From the NCBI RefSeq assembly GCF_009914755.1, contig NC_060940.1: 64,000 nt of DNA. One strand, given 5' to 3'. The position numbers and the translations under genes were made by a program. The stretch is from the human T2T-CHM13v2.0 reference genome, Homo sapiens. The notes below the pieces were generated by a model. It had not been told where the DNA came from and searched no databases. It was given only the letters and a program-made list of their open reading frames with translations. Shown one piece after another: positions 12,860-27,339 of the stretch; position 1 is the first letter of the stretch; each line of letters opens with the position of its first letter.

Positions 12860-14840
12860 ACCTCCACTTCCGGCCAAAACTGAGCAACTTTTAGGAAACC
12901 AATGTCCCTGCCAAGAGGAGGAGAAAAGCTGGTAAGTTACTTCATCTGTTCTAAGACATTCAAGAGCTGCCTTGGCAGCCAGAACTTGAAGTGCCAAAAA
13001 TCCGGAGGAAGGACTTCATGGAGGTAACCTGACACTTAGCATTCTGGTCTTCTCCCTTGGGTTATTTGCCAGCTCTTGAGCAGTATAGGGGTAGATGCTG
13101 AAAAGCCTGGCAGAAACATAAACAGAAAGGCAAGCAGCACGTGGCAGCTAAGGAGAGCTTTCAACAGTTTTACAGAGCTGAGAAGACAAAAGTTGTAGCA
13201 AGAGCCTATCAAGGCAAACAAGACTTGAGGATGGAAAAGCTAGGACAGAAGAGAAACAGAGAACTAAGACACTATGCACGTGTTTTTCCTTCAAAGTGCT
13301 CAATGATTCTTAGTCAAAGAAGGATAATAGGCTCAAGTGTTGAGCAGAAAGAAGCAGGAGAGCTGAGCTTACTTTTCAGAAGGTTCAAAGTGCTGAGGAA
13401 ATGAATTTTGGAACTCAGGACCTGCCCAGGCAAAAGTAAATACTCAAGTCTTTCACTTAGGAAGAGAGGGATAATCAGAGATAGCTGAACCTTACAAAGA
13501 CTGAAAACCGGCTTCCGTCTCTGATTGAACTGAAAGTGATCTGCCTCTTCTTTGCCTACTGGAGGACAGGATAAATTTTCTCAGGAGATGGGCTGAGTGA
13601 ATACTCTTTGTAGAAGGAAACAACCACCCATGGCCTGAAATTCAACCGTAAATTACCAGGCACACCAAGAAGCAGGACCAAGTGTCAAAATAAATCCACA
13701 GAAGATATAAATACTAGAATTGTCAAATATAACCTTTAAAATAACTGTGAAATAGATAACCATGTGGACAATTTTAGCAAAGCGAAATTAATCTAAAACC
13801 AAAAAAACATAGTAACTGGAATTAAGAACTCAATAGATAAGTTTAACAGCATATAAAACACAAATAGAATTAGTAAAATGAATGATAGGTTAGAAGACAA
13901 CATCCAGACAGCAACAAGGAGAAAACCGCAGATAAATATGAAAAAGAACATAAGAGGCATGGAGACCTGGTGGGAAAGTCTGTGTCTGTCTGACTGGTGT
14001 CCTAGAAGAGGAATAAAGAAAGAACAGAGTAAAAGCACTCTGTGAAAAAAACAATTACCAAGAATTTCCTTAAAAGAACATCGAGTCACAAAATCCCAAG
14101 CAGAATAAATTAAATGGTACCTAGAAACACCATAATAAAACTTCATAAAAGCAAAGACAAAGATAAATTCTGAAAAGTACCCAGATAAGAAAAAAAGTCA
14201 CATTATCTTTAGAAAAGGAAGCAGGAGGAACAACAATAAAACTGACAGCTGGGTCCTCAATAAAACCAACAGAAGAGCTAAAATACAACAAATGCCACTC
14301 AGAATTATTTGCCCTATGGAAATATCCTTATAAAATGAACACACAACAAGGGAGTGAATTTGTCACCAACCAGTGGTGTACTGATAAATGTTTAACAAAG
14401 CGGGAAAGCTCTGTCAGTGTTTGCTGATTTCTGTGGTGTAAATACTCCCGCTGTGGCTGATGTCAGCTGCCAGTGTGACATCACTGAATGTAGAGATGGA
14501 ACAAGATGTGCACAATCAACTCTCAGAAGCTAGTGCAGCACACAAATGTGACAAAACCAGAGGGAATTCCTCAGGAAGAAGGAAATCTATCCCATATTGA
14601 AAGCTGAAATGCAAGAAAGGATGAGGGGCAACAGAAAGAATATGTGAGTTGATTTAAATGAACATTTGTTGTGCTAAATAATTAGTAATAATGACATGTG
14701 GCCTTCAAAATAAATTAAGAATTAAAATGCATGACAACATTAACACAAAAGGGAAAAAATGGTGTAATGCAGTCAAAGTTTCCTAAGGTCTGAGAAGTGG
14801 TAAAATTGTAATTTACACTTTTCTTTACCAAGTCAAAGAA
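12860..14840 (+). mobile_element. Old L1M 5'UTR/ORF1 remnant
   Basis: acttccggccaaaa 5' start; ORF1-like gaattaagaactcaatagataagtttaacagc. Confidence 0.6.
14391..14548. mobile_element. MER63A-like hAT MITE
   Basis: TIR cagtggtgtactg...cagcacacaaatg; internal gtggtgtaaatactccc. Confidence 0.75.
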
Positions 14841-15001
14841 ACAGAAACACACATAAATGGTCAATAATTTATTAGAAAGAGGACAATGTAGTAAGGAAAG
14901 AATGGCCTTTCCGAGAAATGGTAAATTCCCAACTTAAAAAAAAAAAAAAATTTAATCTTGACTCCTACACCTCACACCATGTATTAAAAAAATCAATTCC
15001 A

Positions 15002-15300
15002 GGCCGGGCACGGTGGCTCACACCTGTAACCCCAGCATTTTGGTAGGGCGAGGTGGGCGGATCACCTGAAGTCGGGAGTTCGAGACCAGCCTGACCAACA
15101 TGGAGAAACCCCATCTCTAATAAAAATACAAAATTAGCCAGGCGTGGTGGCGCATGCCTGTAATCCCAGCTACTCAGGAGGCTGAGGCAGGAGAATCACT
15201 TGAACTGGGGAGGTGAAGGTTGTGATGAGCCAAGATCGTGCCATTGTACTACAGCCTGGGCAATGAGAGCAAAACTCCATCTCAAAAAAAGAAAAAAAAA
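15002..15300 (+). mobile_element. AluSp
   Basis: gtcgggagttcgagaccagcctgaccaacatggagaaa; TSD aaaaaaatcaattcca. Confidence 0.95.
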
Positions 15301-15679
15301 TCAATTCCAGATCCATCACCTCTCTAAACACAATATACAAAACAATAAATCTTCCAGAAGGTAACATGGCAAAGTGCCTTCATGACCTTCAGATAGAAAA
15401 TCTCTTCTTAAACCAGGACTCCAAAAAGTACTGAACATAAAGGAAAAGACAGATAAACTAGACTCCATTAAAATGACGAATGTCTGCTTATCGAAAGACA
15501 CAATTAAAAGAATAAAAAAAGACACAGATTGTGAGAAGATATTTATGATACATATTTCTTACAAAGGATTTGTTTCCAAAATATATAATCCACTTTGTCA
15601 AAAGCCAGGGTAAAAAACCAGGTTTGTGGGAAGAACAGATGCAGGAAACACAGGAGAATGAGCTGCAAAATGATGGAAG

Positions 15680-15800
15680 CATGCCTTACTGTACATAAGG
15701 CCCTATGCTGAGAACATTCTATGCATCATCTTATTTAATCCTCACAATAATCCTTTGAAGGAAGTGTAAATTTTAATCCCTATTTTACAAGCTCAACACA
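15680..15800 (-). mobile_element. MIR
   Basis: tcttatttaatcctcacaataatcc...ccctattttaca. Confidence 0.7.
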
Positions 15801-16234
15801 ATCCTACTTTGCAACGTGTGCCCAAGAGCCGCCACTGTGCACAGGGAAGGGGACTGAGATGCTTGGTTAGAGAGACAAACTAATCAATCCTTGCCAACCA
15901 GTGACACATCAGCAAAGGAGGTGAAAATATCATGGTTCACCTGGAAAGAGGAGCTACAACCAACAGGTGGACAGAGCCCAAGGAGAGATATCCAGAATAT
16001 ATGGCTTTCTGGGGGCTGGGTGGACAAGAATCTAGGATTTGGAACAAACAGAGATTAAGCCACAAGCAAAGGCCACCCTAACATCATAAATTAGGAGATG
16101 TTGCTATTACAAAACAGGAATTTCTGCAGAGGAACTTTCCGGAGTTTGGAAAATATACCAGAATCCGAGAACCGTCAGACCCATTATGCTCCATAAACTG
16201 TGGCCTCACGTGGTCAAGAGTAATACTGTAGATG

Positions 16235-16435
16235 AAGGCAGTCTAGCGTCCACCCTCCTGGCTCCACAGCTTCTCAGTGCTGTGACTCTGGACAAGTCAC
16301 TTAGCTGTTGTAAGCCTTACTTCCCTTATCAGTAAAATGCAGATGGTACTAACTCCACATCAGGGAGGATTCCGTGAGGGAATACACATAGCACACCTGG
16401 CATAGAGCATGAGCTCAATAAGTTATTAGTTTGAG
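16235..16435 (+). mobile_element. MIR
   Basis: gctgtgactctggacaagtcactta...cagtaaaatg...gcacacctggcatag. Confidence 0.75.
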
Positions 16436-17389
16436 CTTTTAGAGTTGCAAAGGGAGTGTGATGGGGTTTGGCTCTCTTTCTTTCTAAAAAATTAATAAAC
16501 TGGGAAATCAAAGGGCTCCCAGGGGAGCCTCCTGTATCAGGGAAGGGAGCAGGGTATCAGATGGGAAGGTAGACATTTGCTGTTTCAATGAGATGCCCCC
16601 ATGATTTACGAGGGGAAATATCATTAGGATTTCACTTCTGGAACTTGGGCAGTCACCCACCAACAAAGCCTGCCCTTCAGCTGAAGGGAAAAAGCAGGTG
16701 CTTGGGAGCCAAATAGACTTGTGCTTAAATCCTCAACCAGCCGCTGACCTTGGACTTCAGCCCTCACCTCCCCTCTCACAGCCTTGGTTTCCTCATCCAC
16801 ATCCTATTTAATGCACACATATATTTTAAGATGACAAAGTATGTGACATGTCCATCCTGGTTACTCAGCAAATGTCAATTTCTCCTATGTGGCAGTAGGG
16901 ACTCTAAGAGGCTGTGTTTGGAGAATGGAGGAAACCTGAATCTTAGCCTTTAATTACCAAGGAGTCTGGACATCTTGAATCCATGTAAGGTGAATTGGAA
17001 GGGCTTCCTTGCTCCCTCACCTAAGAGTCCCCCTCAGGAAAAACAGAAATCAGTGGAGAACCAGAGCCCATACTCGGCACTTCACAGTTTATCTGCAGAG
17101 AGACCTGACATCCTGTGGAAAACAACTCTGAATACCTACAGCCAAGAAATGGCATAGCTTCCCTAATGGTTCACAGGGCCAATAAAGAATCTGGCCAAAT
17201 CTATCAAAAGCCTAGAAAACATCCTTACCCTTTGACCTGCTCATTTTGCTTCTAGAAACTTATCCCAAGCAAACATTTGAGATACTTATCCTCAGAAACT
17301 TATCCTAAGTACCTGAGATAGAGAAAAATACAAAATGCTCATCACAGAGTTACAAAGAAATCACAAAGAACATCTGACAACACCAACAG

Positions 17390-17610
17390 TACTGTACAAT
17401 GCAAAAAGTAGACCCTAACTTAAATTATGGATGTAACTTAATGATAGTGTATGAATATTTGTTTCTCCAATTTTATCAAACGTACAACACCCATAGAAGA
17501 TGTTAAAACAGTGGAGACTATGGGAGCAGGGGGAGGTAATACATGGGAACTCTGTACTTTCTGCTGAATTTTTCTGTAAACCTAAAACTGCTCTAAAATA
17601 AAGTCTACTA
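17390..17610 (+). mobile_element. L1MC/MD-type 3' end
   Basis: atgggaactctgtactttctgctgaatttttctgtaaacctaaaactgctctaaaa. Confidence 0.8.
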
Positions 17611-18970
17611 TACCCTTAGTCATTTAGGAAACATGCTCTTAAATAACTACTGGGTCAAGGGGTAAAGAAATGGAATTACAAATTAGTTAGAAAATAGCAA
17701 TAATGATAATAACACACATAATAATTCATAATAGTGATATGGCCAAAACTACAATCATAAGAAAATTATTAAATGATGTTGTCATTAAATAAGAAAGGAT
17801 AAAACTAAACGCACCAGTGGTCCAACTTGAGAAGTTAAAAAGAGAACAACAAAATAAAAACTAAGAAAAACAGAAATGAAGCATTAACATAATTAAAAGT
17901 GGAAATTTATTCATTAAAAACCAAATAGTGGTCCAACTCAATTCTCTGAAAAACCTTACCCAAAACAAATTCTACCATCCACAAACCTCTGTCTAGTCTA
18001 TTTAAAGAAAATGAGAAAACACAAACACACACAATGAGGAATATTTAACAAGGGAATTTGTTAACAAGAATAAAAGAATATATAACAAAAAATGGCAGTA
18101 ATTCAAAAATGAGAGGAAATTATTTAGAACAATAAATTTGAAAATCCTCAATGAAACAAGGAATTTTTTGGGTAAATACAAATGAACACAACTGACAATA
18201 AAAATAAACAACATCAAATTAACCAAAAGCTATAGGTGAATTTGAAAAGGCTGTTAAGAATGATCTCTGAAGCATTATAAAATGTTTCAGACGACAGTAA
18301 AAAAAGGAACACTTTTCCACTCATTTTATAACATTTAATGACCTTGACAGAAAAATCTAATAATGCACAGTACACACTAAAACCACAGTCCAGTGTCACT
18401 TAGGAATATTCATTTTAAAAAATTAAATAAAATATTTTTAAATCCACTAGTATAACAGCAGAAAATATACTTCCATCAGCAGAGATTGGTCCCAGAAAAA
18501 GAAGTTATAAATTAGCATTATCATCGTATAAATTAGTAAAAAAAAAAACACATGATTTCATTAATTTTTCAAAGGCATCTGATAAGTCATTTCCTGTTTT
18601 TAAAAAATAGTCAACTAAGACCAAAAGAACAATCCTAGTCTCAAACTAACAGCCAACATCATACTTATGGTGATGTAATAATGACATTCCCATTAAAACC
18701 ATGGGTAAGACTCCCATCACAATTAATATGTAACACCAGTAAAAAAATGCTAGCCTACCAAACAAAGCAAGTAAAAGAAATAAGAGCTTCAATTACCAGG
18801 ACAGACAGAGAAAATGACCACTGTTTGCTTAGGATACAATTGAAGTTAAAATATCAACTAAGACAAGCAGACTTTAATAACTAAAAGAGAGTCACAAACA
18901 TAGCAGGCTATAAAATAAGTATTCAATAACCAATAGTTTACCCTATAAAATTAACAAGCAAAAAATATAT

Positions 18971-19255
18971 TTGGGAGGCTGGGGCAGGAGGAATGCTTGA
19001 GCCTAGGAGTCCGAGACCAGCCTGGGCAACATAGCAAGACCCTGTCTTTACAAAATACTTAAAAATTAGTTGTGTGTAGCGGTGAATGCCTGTAGTACTA
19101 GCTGCTCAGGAGGCTGAGAGGGGAGGCTTGCTTGAGCCCAAGAGTTCAAGGCTGCAGTAAGCTTGATCATTCTACTGCATTCCAGCCTGAGTGACAGAGC
19201 AAGACTCTGTCTCAAAAAAAAAAAAAAATATATATATATATACACACACACATAT
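18971..19255 (+). mobile_element. AluJ, 5'-truncated, with A/(AT)/(AC) tail
   Basis: gcttgagcctaggagt..gagaccagcctgggcaacatagcaagacc. Confidence 0.9.
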
Positions 19256-20185
19256 ATTTTGAAAAATATTTGATATTTTATATCAAAATATTTGCCATTT
19301 TGATAAATATTTGATATCTATATATTTATTTGACATTTTATATATTTAACAGGGAAAGGTATATTCATAATAACAACAAAAGCAAAATTGAACAGAACAA
19401 AATACCTAGGGAAAAATGTAACAATATGTAAAATCCACACAAATCAAAATAACAAATTATTGGAGGACCTAATTAGACCTAGGTAAATTAGAGAGATAAG
19501 CCAATTGGCCTATTATAAATGAGTCTATTCTTTCCAAGTCTACTAATAAATACCATTCTGATCCCAGCTACTAAGATTTTATTTTACTTAAAAATTGACT
19601 CCATAAATTCATATGTAAGATAACTGGGCTAGTGTAGTCAATAAAACTTCGAAACACAAGAATACAAGGAAGGCTTTACTATAAATAAATAAATAAAATA
19701 AGGCATTCCAATACAGAGGTATGGTATCTAAGGAAGAATAAGACATTAGATAACTGAAAAAAATCAAAAGTCCAGAAATATTAATAGATCAATGATCTTA
19801 ATTGTTGGTAAATGTGAGATTTCATATAAATGGGAAGTAAATGGATTAGTCAATAATCGGTGTTAGACACCAATTATTAATAATTAGTTACACAGAAAAG
19901 AACTTAGCTAAGACATTTTACCCCTATCTTTACACCAAAATAAATTTAGTATAAAATAAATTCCAGATAACTTACATATAGAAGTAATAATAACTACAAT
20001 AATAAACAAAAGTAATAACTACAATAATAAACAAAAGTATAAAAAACCTAGATGTACATCTTGAGGTGGTTTTGCAAGGGGTTGGGGAGGTAATTTCGAA
20101 GTAAGAATCAAAATCCCAAATGTGTACAACACTGGATGCAGAAACGCTTTTTTCTAGGATTTTAATATACCATACAAGTGTGTAA

Positions 20186-20516
<331 letters not shown>

Positions 20517-20774
20517 TGCTGCAGCACTTCTAATCATATCAAAAAATCAGAAATATTCTAAAATTCCGAAGACTGGTTAAGGAAATCACAGTACCTCTGG
20601 GTTCTATAATATAAGAAAATACTAACCAGACATTAAGAATTTTGGTGTAGAAAAATATCTGACCCAGGAAAATATTTGAATAATTGCTAAATGGAAAACA
20701 CATGTTACAGCATACTAAGACATATGACCCCATATGTACATACCTGGGTATAAATGTAATATCTACAAACCATA

Positions 20775-20776
<2 letters not shown>

Positions 20777-20816
<40 letters not shown>

Positions 20817-20872
20817 TTTATATAAATATATGGTTTATATATATATATATGGTGTGTATATATATATATAAT
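20777..20872. repeat. (TA)n compound microsatellite
   Basis: Long tata runs. Confidence 0.9.
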
Positions 20873-21976
20873 TTGATATGTTAATCTACCTATGATATAG
20901 GTTAGTGTCTCTGAGTGATGGATGTATGCATAATTTCTGTGTTGGGTATATTTGTGCCTTTTGAATACTTCACATTTTCCACAGTGAATGGAGATGACAC
21001 TTGAAATTTGAAAAAAGGTTAATGTTTTAAAAATTGTGAAATGTGCACAGAAAGTCTAGTCCTAAGCAATGTGATTTTTTTGTCAAGCGCTTCAATACGA
21101 ACTGAACTCAAATGTGTATTGTCAGGAAACAAAATGATTGTTAACTATCGATGAGTCATGACCAATATGCCAGTTAAATATTATCTCATTTTAAAACAAC
21201 AGGCTGAATCAGTGGGCAGGAAAAGTTTTGTGATGATGGTTATGAGTGCATCGATCAAATTGTTCCTTTTGGTTTGGGTTAGTGTTTGCTACTTCTGTGG
21301 CTTCTCTGAGGTGGAAAAACACATTTAGGAGAGTGAAATGATACCTGGAAGTAAATGTATAACCATAAAGATGCAAGTGCATGAGGAAGAACTGCATTGA
21401 GAAAAAGTCAACACACGACTGCATAACAACAACACATTCAGCAATTGCACAAACCACTTCAAGCCTAAACACACTTGTAAAAGATTCCCTAAGACCAGGA
21501 AACTACCAGGGGAATTCTAAGATTCCCTGAAACATGGGGAAAGAGCTTGAACTGTATTTTTTTGAGGTCCTGTCCTAAATTCTAGGAAAACTGACTCAGA
21601 CTATTTAGAAATGACTAGAGTTACTAGAAATTACTGTCTCAGGGTAAATTAACTGTAGAGGCATAAAACCTTTTCAGACATTAGTACCCCAGTTTGAAAC
21701 TATATTTCATTTTAAGAAAATGGCGAAAATTTAGATTTATAAATTGGGTGTCACTGTTCACTTTATAAAGATGGTTTGCTATAGGACTCCCTTAGACTAG
21801 CAGGCTGCTTTCATGCATGACGATATTATCCAACTTGGGGATGCATTAATCTATTGTGCGAGGCAAGGCACACCTCAACTAGGCAGTTTAACTGCACCAG
21901 CAACTGTCCCTAAGAAAGCCTCCTGTTACACACTTGAGAAAGTTCACTGCCTCTGGCTCATTAAAAACAGTGTCAA

Positions 21977-22321
21977 TAGAGAATAGAAGAATGGCTATCA
22001 CAGACTGTGAAGGGTAGTGGGGGGTTGGAGGGGAGATGGGGATAGTTAATGAGTACAAAAAAAATAGAATGAATGAATAAGACCTACTATTTGAAAGCAC
22101 AACAGGGTGACTATAGTCAATAATAACGTAATTGTACATTTTAAAATAACTAAGAGTGTCAATGGATTGTTTATAACACAAAGGATAAATGCTTGAGGGA
22201 ATGGATTCCCCATTGTCCATGATGTAATGATTACACATTGCATGCCTGCATCAAAACATCTCGTATACCCCATAAATATATGCACCTACTATGTCGCCAC
22301 AAAAATTAAAAATTTAAAAAG
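21977..22321 (+). mobile_element. L1MA2-like 3' end
   Basis: gaataagacctactatttga..gcacaacagggtgactatagtcaataataa; TSD aaaaacagtgtcaa at 21963-21976 and 22322-22335. Confidence 0.9.
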
Positions 22322-22547
22322 AAAAACAGTGTCAAAATCATTGTATTCCTTGTAAGTATCTTCTCACCTACGCTTCTATTATTGACTGGGGGATAAAAAT
22401 CTTATAAGCCAAACAGATCAACTAACTACCAGAGGGGGCAGTCCATCTAGAATGCAGGATAGATGAAATTAGAGCAAGAACATTCAGAGTTGAACAGTTA
22501 TCCAGGGCCGTATTCTTGAAATCATAGAAACTGAAGGTTGCACTCAC

Positions 22548-22565
22548 CCTGATGTTGAGCTGTCT
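22548..22565 (-). CDS. TTC28: 18-nt cassette microexon AGACAGCTCAACATCAGG; (R)DSSTS(G) if phase 2, RQLNIR if phase 0
   Basis: Minus strand reads CCCTTAATGTTTCTTTTTCCCCTTTAAG|AGACAGCTCAACATCAGG|GTGAGTG: branch-like CTTAAT, pyrimidine tract, AG, 18 nt with no internal stop in any frame, consensus donor. Symbol is tentative, from recalling a TTC28 phase-2 junction HYSR|ACASS across a very long intron. Confidence 0.55.
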
Positions 22566-22774
22566 CTTAAAGGGGAAAAAGAAACATTAAGGGCCGGTGC
22601 GTCTGTGGATTTAATGCGCAAAGGTGACAAAAACCAAATTATTAATGCCTGGGCAGTGAAGGTGATGGCAACCAAACGGACAATGTGCAATAGACTTCAG
22701 AATGTAGAGCGTTGTTAATTGTGAAGAAAAAGCCATACACTCAGTCCCACAAAGGAGAGAGGGTACAAGGACGC

Positions 22775-22935
22775 CAGCATCACCTGGCTGGGGGGAGACT
22801 TCTCAGAAATGCAGATTCTCAGGCCCCACCAGGGACCTACTGAATCAGAAACTCAGCAGGTGAAGCCCAGCAATCTGTTTGAACAAGCCCGCCAGGGGAT
22901 TCTGGTGGGGCTCCAGGTTGAACCACCTGTGGTTA
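22775..22935. mobile_element. MER5A (hAT-Charlie)
   Basis: agaaatgcagattctcaggccccacc..acctactgaatcagaaact. Confidence 0.85.
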
Positions 22936-22944
22936 CCAGGCAGC

Positions 22945-23150
22945 CATCTGGGTTCCAATCTATCACTGAGGACCTGTGTGACTTTGGAAAAGTTATTTAC
23001 CACTGTGAGCTTCTGTTTCCTCATCTGTGAATTTGGGTTCATCGAAGTATGCGTTTTCATCAAACGGTTGTTGTAAGATTATAACACACCCAGAGCTTAG
23101 TAGAGAGCTTGACGTCTAGTAAAAGTGCCCCAAGAGTGGTGGTGCTGGTG
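22945..23150 (+). mobile_element. MIR
   Basis: ctgtgtgactttggaaaagttattta..tgtttcctcatctgt. Confidence 0.75.
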
Positions 23151-23192
23151 GTCTTGAAGGTTCTTCTTTTTAATTATTGACAGTCCTGCCAC

Positions 23193-23375
23193 AGCTCTCA
23201 AAATGAGTGTTCCCTGGCTCCCACCTCCCTGTAGATCAGAATCACCTGCGGAGCCTTTTCAACACATCATCCTTTGCAATTGTTGAATCAATAGATCTGA
23301 GAGAGGCCAGGAAGACCAGATCTTATAGGAGCCCCCAGGTGACTTAGATGTGAAAGCCCTAACTTTAGAAAACTA
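23193..23375. mobile_element. MER5-family hAT MITE
   Basis: atcagaatcacctg...ccccaggtgact...tttagaaaact. Confidence 0.6.
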
Positions 23376-23541
23376 AAACATATTTTGAGATTCAAAAGGT
23401 ATATCTACATCTATTAAAATACATACAACTATTATATGTTAATAAAAATACAAAAGAAGATGCTGGGAAAACTACTTTGGATATTTGAAAGTTACTTATT
23501 AAATATAATGCACATAAAATAACATGTGAATGTTCAATCTA

Positions 23542-23913
<372 letters not shown>

Positions 23914-24264
23914 CTAGGAATAAAGTTCAAATGAACTTCAGAAGAGTCGCAGAGTGAAATTCTGACTATACAAATGCAGACCATCGCAAGGAAGAGAAGA
24001 AAGAACGTAAGAAAGCACGACTGTGCAAAGAGGTGAGCCAGGCTTCAACGGGAGCAAACCAAACGTGGAAAGAGCAGAATATGACTACAGTCCATACAAG
24101 CAGCACAGCTCCAAAAAGCCTGAACACGGTGGGCAACGCTAAAACCCAGAAGGAACTCACAATCGCCAAAGCGTCAGATGGCATCAAGTCATTTCAGGCC
24201 AAAGCGTGATGCAGAGGTCACGCCACTGCTTGGAAAAGTTGCTGCCATGGTGCCAGAGAAAACT

Positions 24265-24941
<677 letters not shown>

Positions 24942-25180
24942 TGGCTACTCAACAGCTAACCTATCCCCATTATCTCCAACAAAGAATAGAATCTTTTCAT
25001 CAGGGCTAGGCATGGTTTCAAACCTGTAATCCCAGCACTGATGAAAAGATTCTATTCTTTGTTGGAGATAATGGGGACAGGTTAGCTGTTGAGTAGACAC
25101 AGTTGATTCTCGTTACTTGTGGTTCTCAACAGCTAACCTATCCCCATTATCTCCAACAAAGAATAGAATATTTTCACCAG

Positions 25181-25495
<315 letters not shown>

Positions 25496-26631
25496 TCATC
25501 AGAAAGGGTAAAACAAAGACCAAGAGAGGAAGGGAACATCAAGCCACTTTAAAAGTGACATTAATCTTGGTTCAGTACAATCTGGAGTCCCAAAATAATT
25601 TGCAGATAATTCACTCACCAAATGTTTACTGAAGCATTAACACTAGGTACTGCTGTATCAAAAAACACAGTGGTGAAGACAGATGAAAGTCCTTCCTCTT
25701 AGAGAACTTACTTTCTGCTGGGAGACCATAAGTAAGCTTAAAAAATTAACAGATGTGTGTCAAGGAGTTAAAAACTGAAGAGAAGGACAAAATAGGGAAG
25801 GGGGTAGAGAGGGAAAGAGGGGTATTGAAAATGAATTAGGGTACCCAGGAAAAGCACTGGAGAAATTAAGAAAAATAAAAGGAATGAGATTATAAATATC
25901 CAAAGGACAAGACAAAAAAAGTCTTTAAAGATGGTATGATTTAATATGTTAAAAGACAACAGAATTGTGGTAAAGATAAGCATTTGATAAAAAGCAGATA
26001 ATAAAGTGGCTAGGTATAAGATGAATATATGAAAATCATTTTCCTATATTTCAGAAACAGCATCTTATAAAACATGATTTTAATACATTCTTTACACAGT
26101 AGCCTCAAACAGTAGAGAGTACCTAAGAACTGTTTTAAAAAGAAATATATGTGACCTATATAAAGACAACTGCAAGACTGTTCTGAGAGACAGAAAAAGA
26201 GATATGGGAAAACTGAGCCATGTGTCTTATTCTACGGAGGAAGACCCAAGAGTACAGTGTCACAATCTCCCCAAATTAAATTTTAGGACTGATGCTATTC
26301 CATTCCCTATCCCAATGGGAGGACAGGAAAAAAAAGTCTTCCAGTATAAAAGCAATGAAAAGAGACAATCATTATCAATACTAAAATCTTTATAATAAAG
26401 GCTATGTTGCTGGAACAAGAATGAACAGACACACCATGGGAAAGAATATAGAGGTGAAAAACATGCTCAGGTATGTTAATAAACTGTCATGAGATACTAG
26501 CATCAATGGTATCTAATATATACTGTAGTGGTCATCGCCATCCGTGGGAAAAGAAGTTAAGAAAATAATAATAATTAAGTGGGTCTGGGTCAACTGACTG
26601 ATAATATGGAATAGAAAGAATTTAGTTCCTC

Positions 26632-26925
<294 letters not shown>

Positions 26926-26957
26926 AAAGAATTTAGTTCCTCATATAATATATACTA

Positions 26958-27020
26958 ATATATATTGTATAACATATAGTACTATATAATATATAGTACT
27001 ATATGTTATACAATATATAT
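26958..27020. repeat. Perfect AT-rich palindrome (31+1+31 bp)
   Basis: atatatattgtataacatatagtactatata-a-tatatagtactatatgttatacaatatatat. Confidence 0.95.
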
Positions 27021-27339
27021 AATATATTATATAATAATATACTGGTTATATACCAAAAAAGCTAAATGAATCTTGCATACATGATTTCCTAAAGCTCCGA
27101 GTATCCATGCTTGTCCATATCCCATAATGAAACAAACATTTATTCAATCTCTGGATGACAGAACACCTGTAAGTTTAAAGGTTATGACAGAAACGACGAA
27201 AGACTAAAAACTGTAAGAACAATTCTTTAAAAGCAAAGAAGTTACATATTTTCAGCAGATTTGACATGGATCTGAAATTCCTAACATAAAAAGCATACAA
27301 ATATATAAGAAAAGCAATTATACCCCCAATTAAAAAATG

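Noticed and set aside
21209-21472. 87-aa minus-strand ORF in unique DNA
   Set aside because: No recognisable domain and no flanking splice-site pair.
22425-22443. CTCF-like motif ctaccagagggggcag
   Set aside because: Does not fit CCASYAGRKGGC in any register without several core mismatches.
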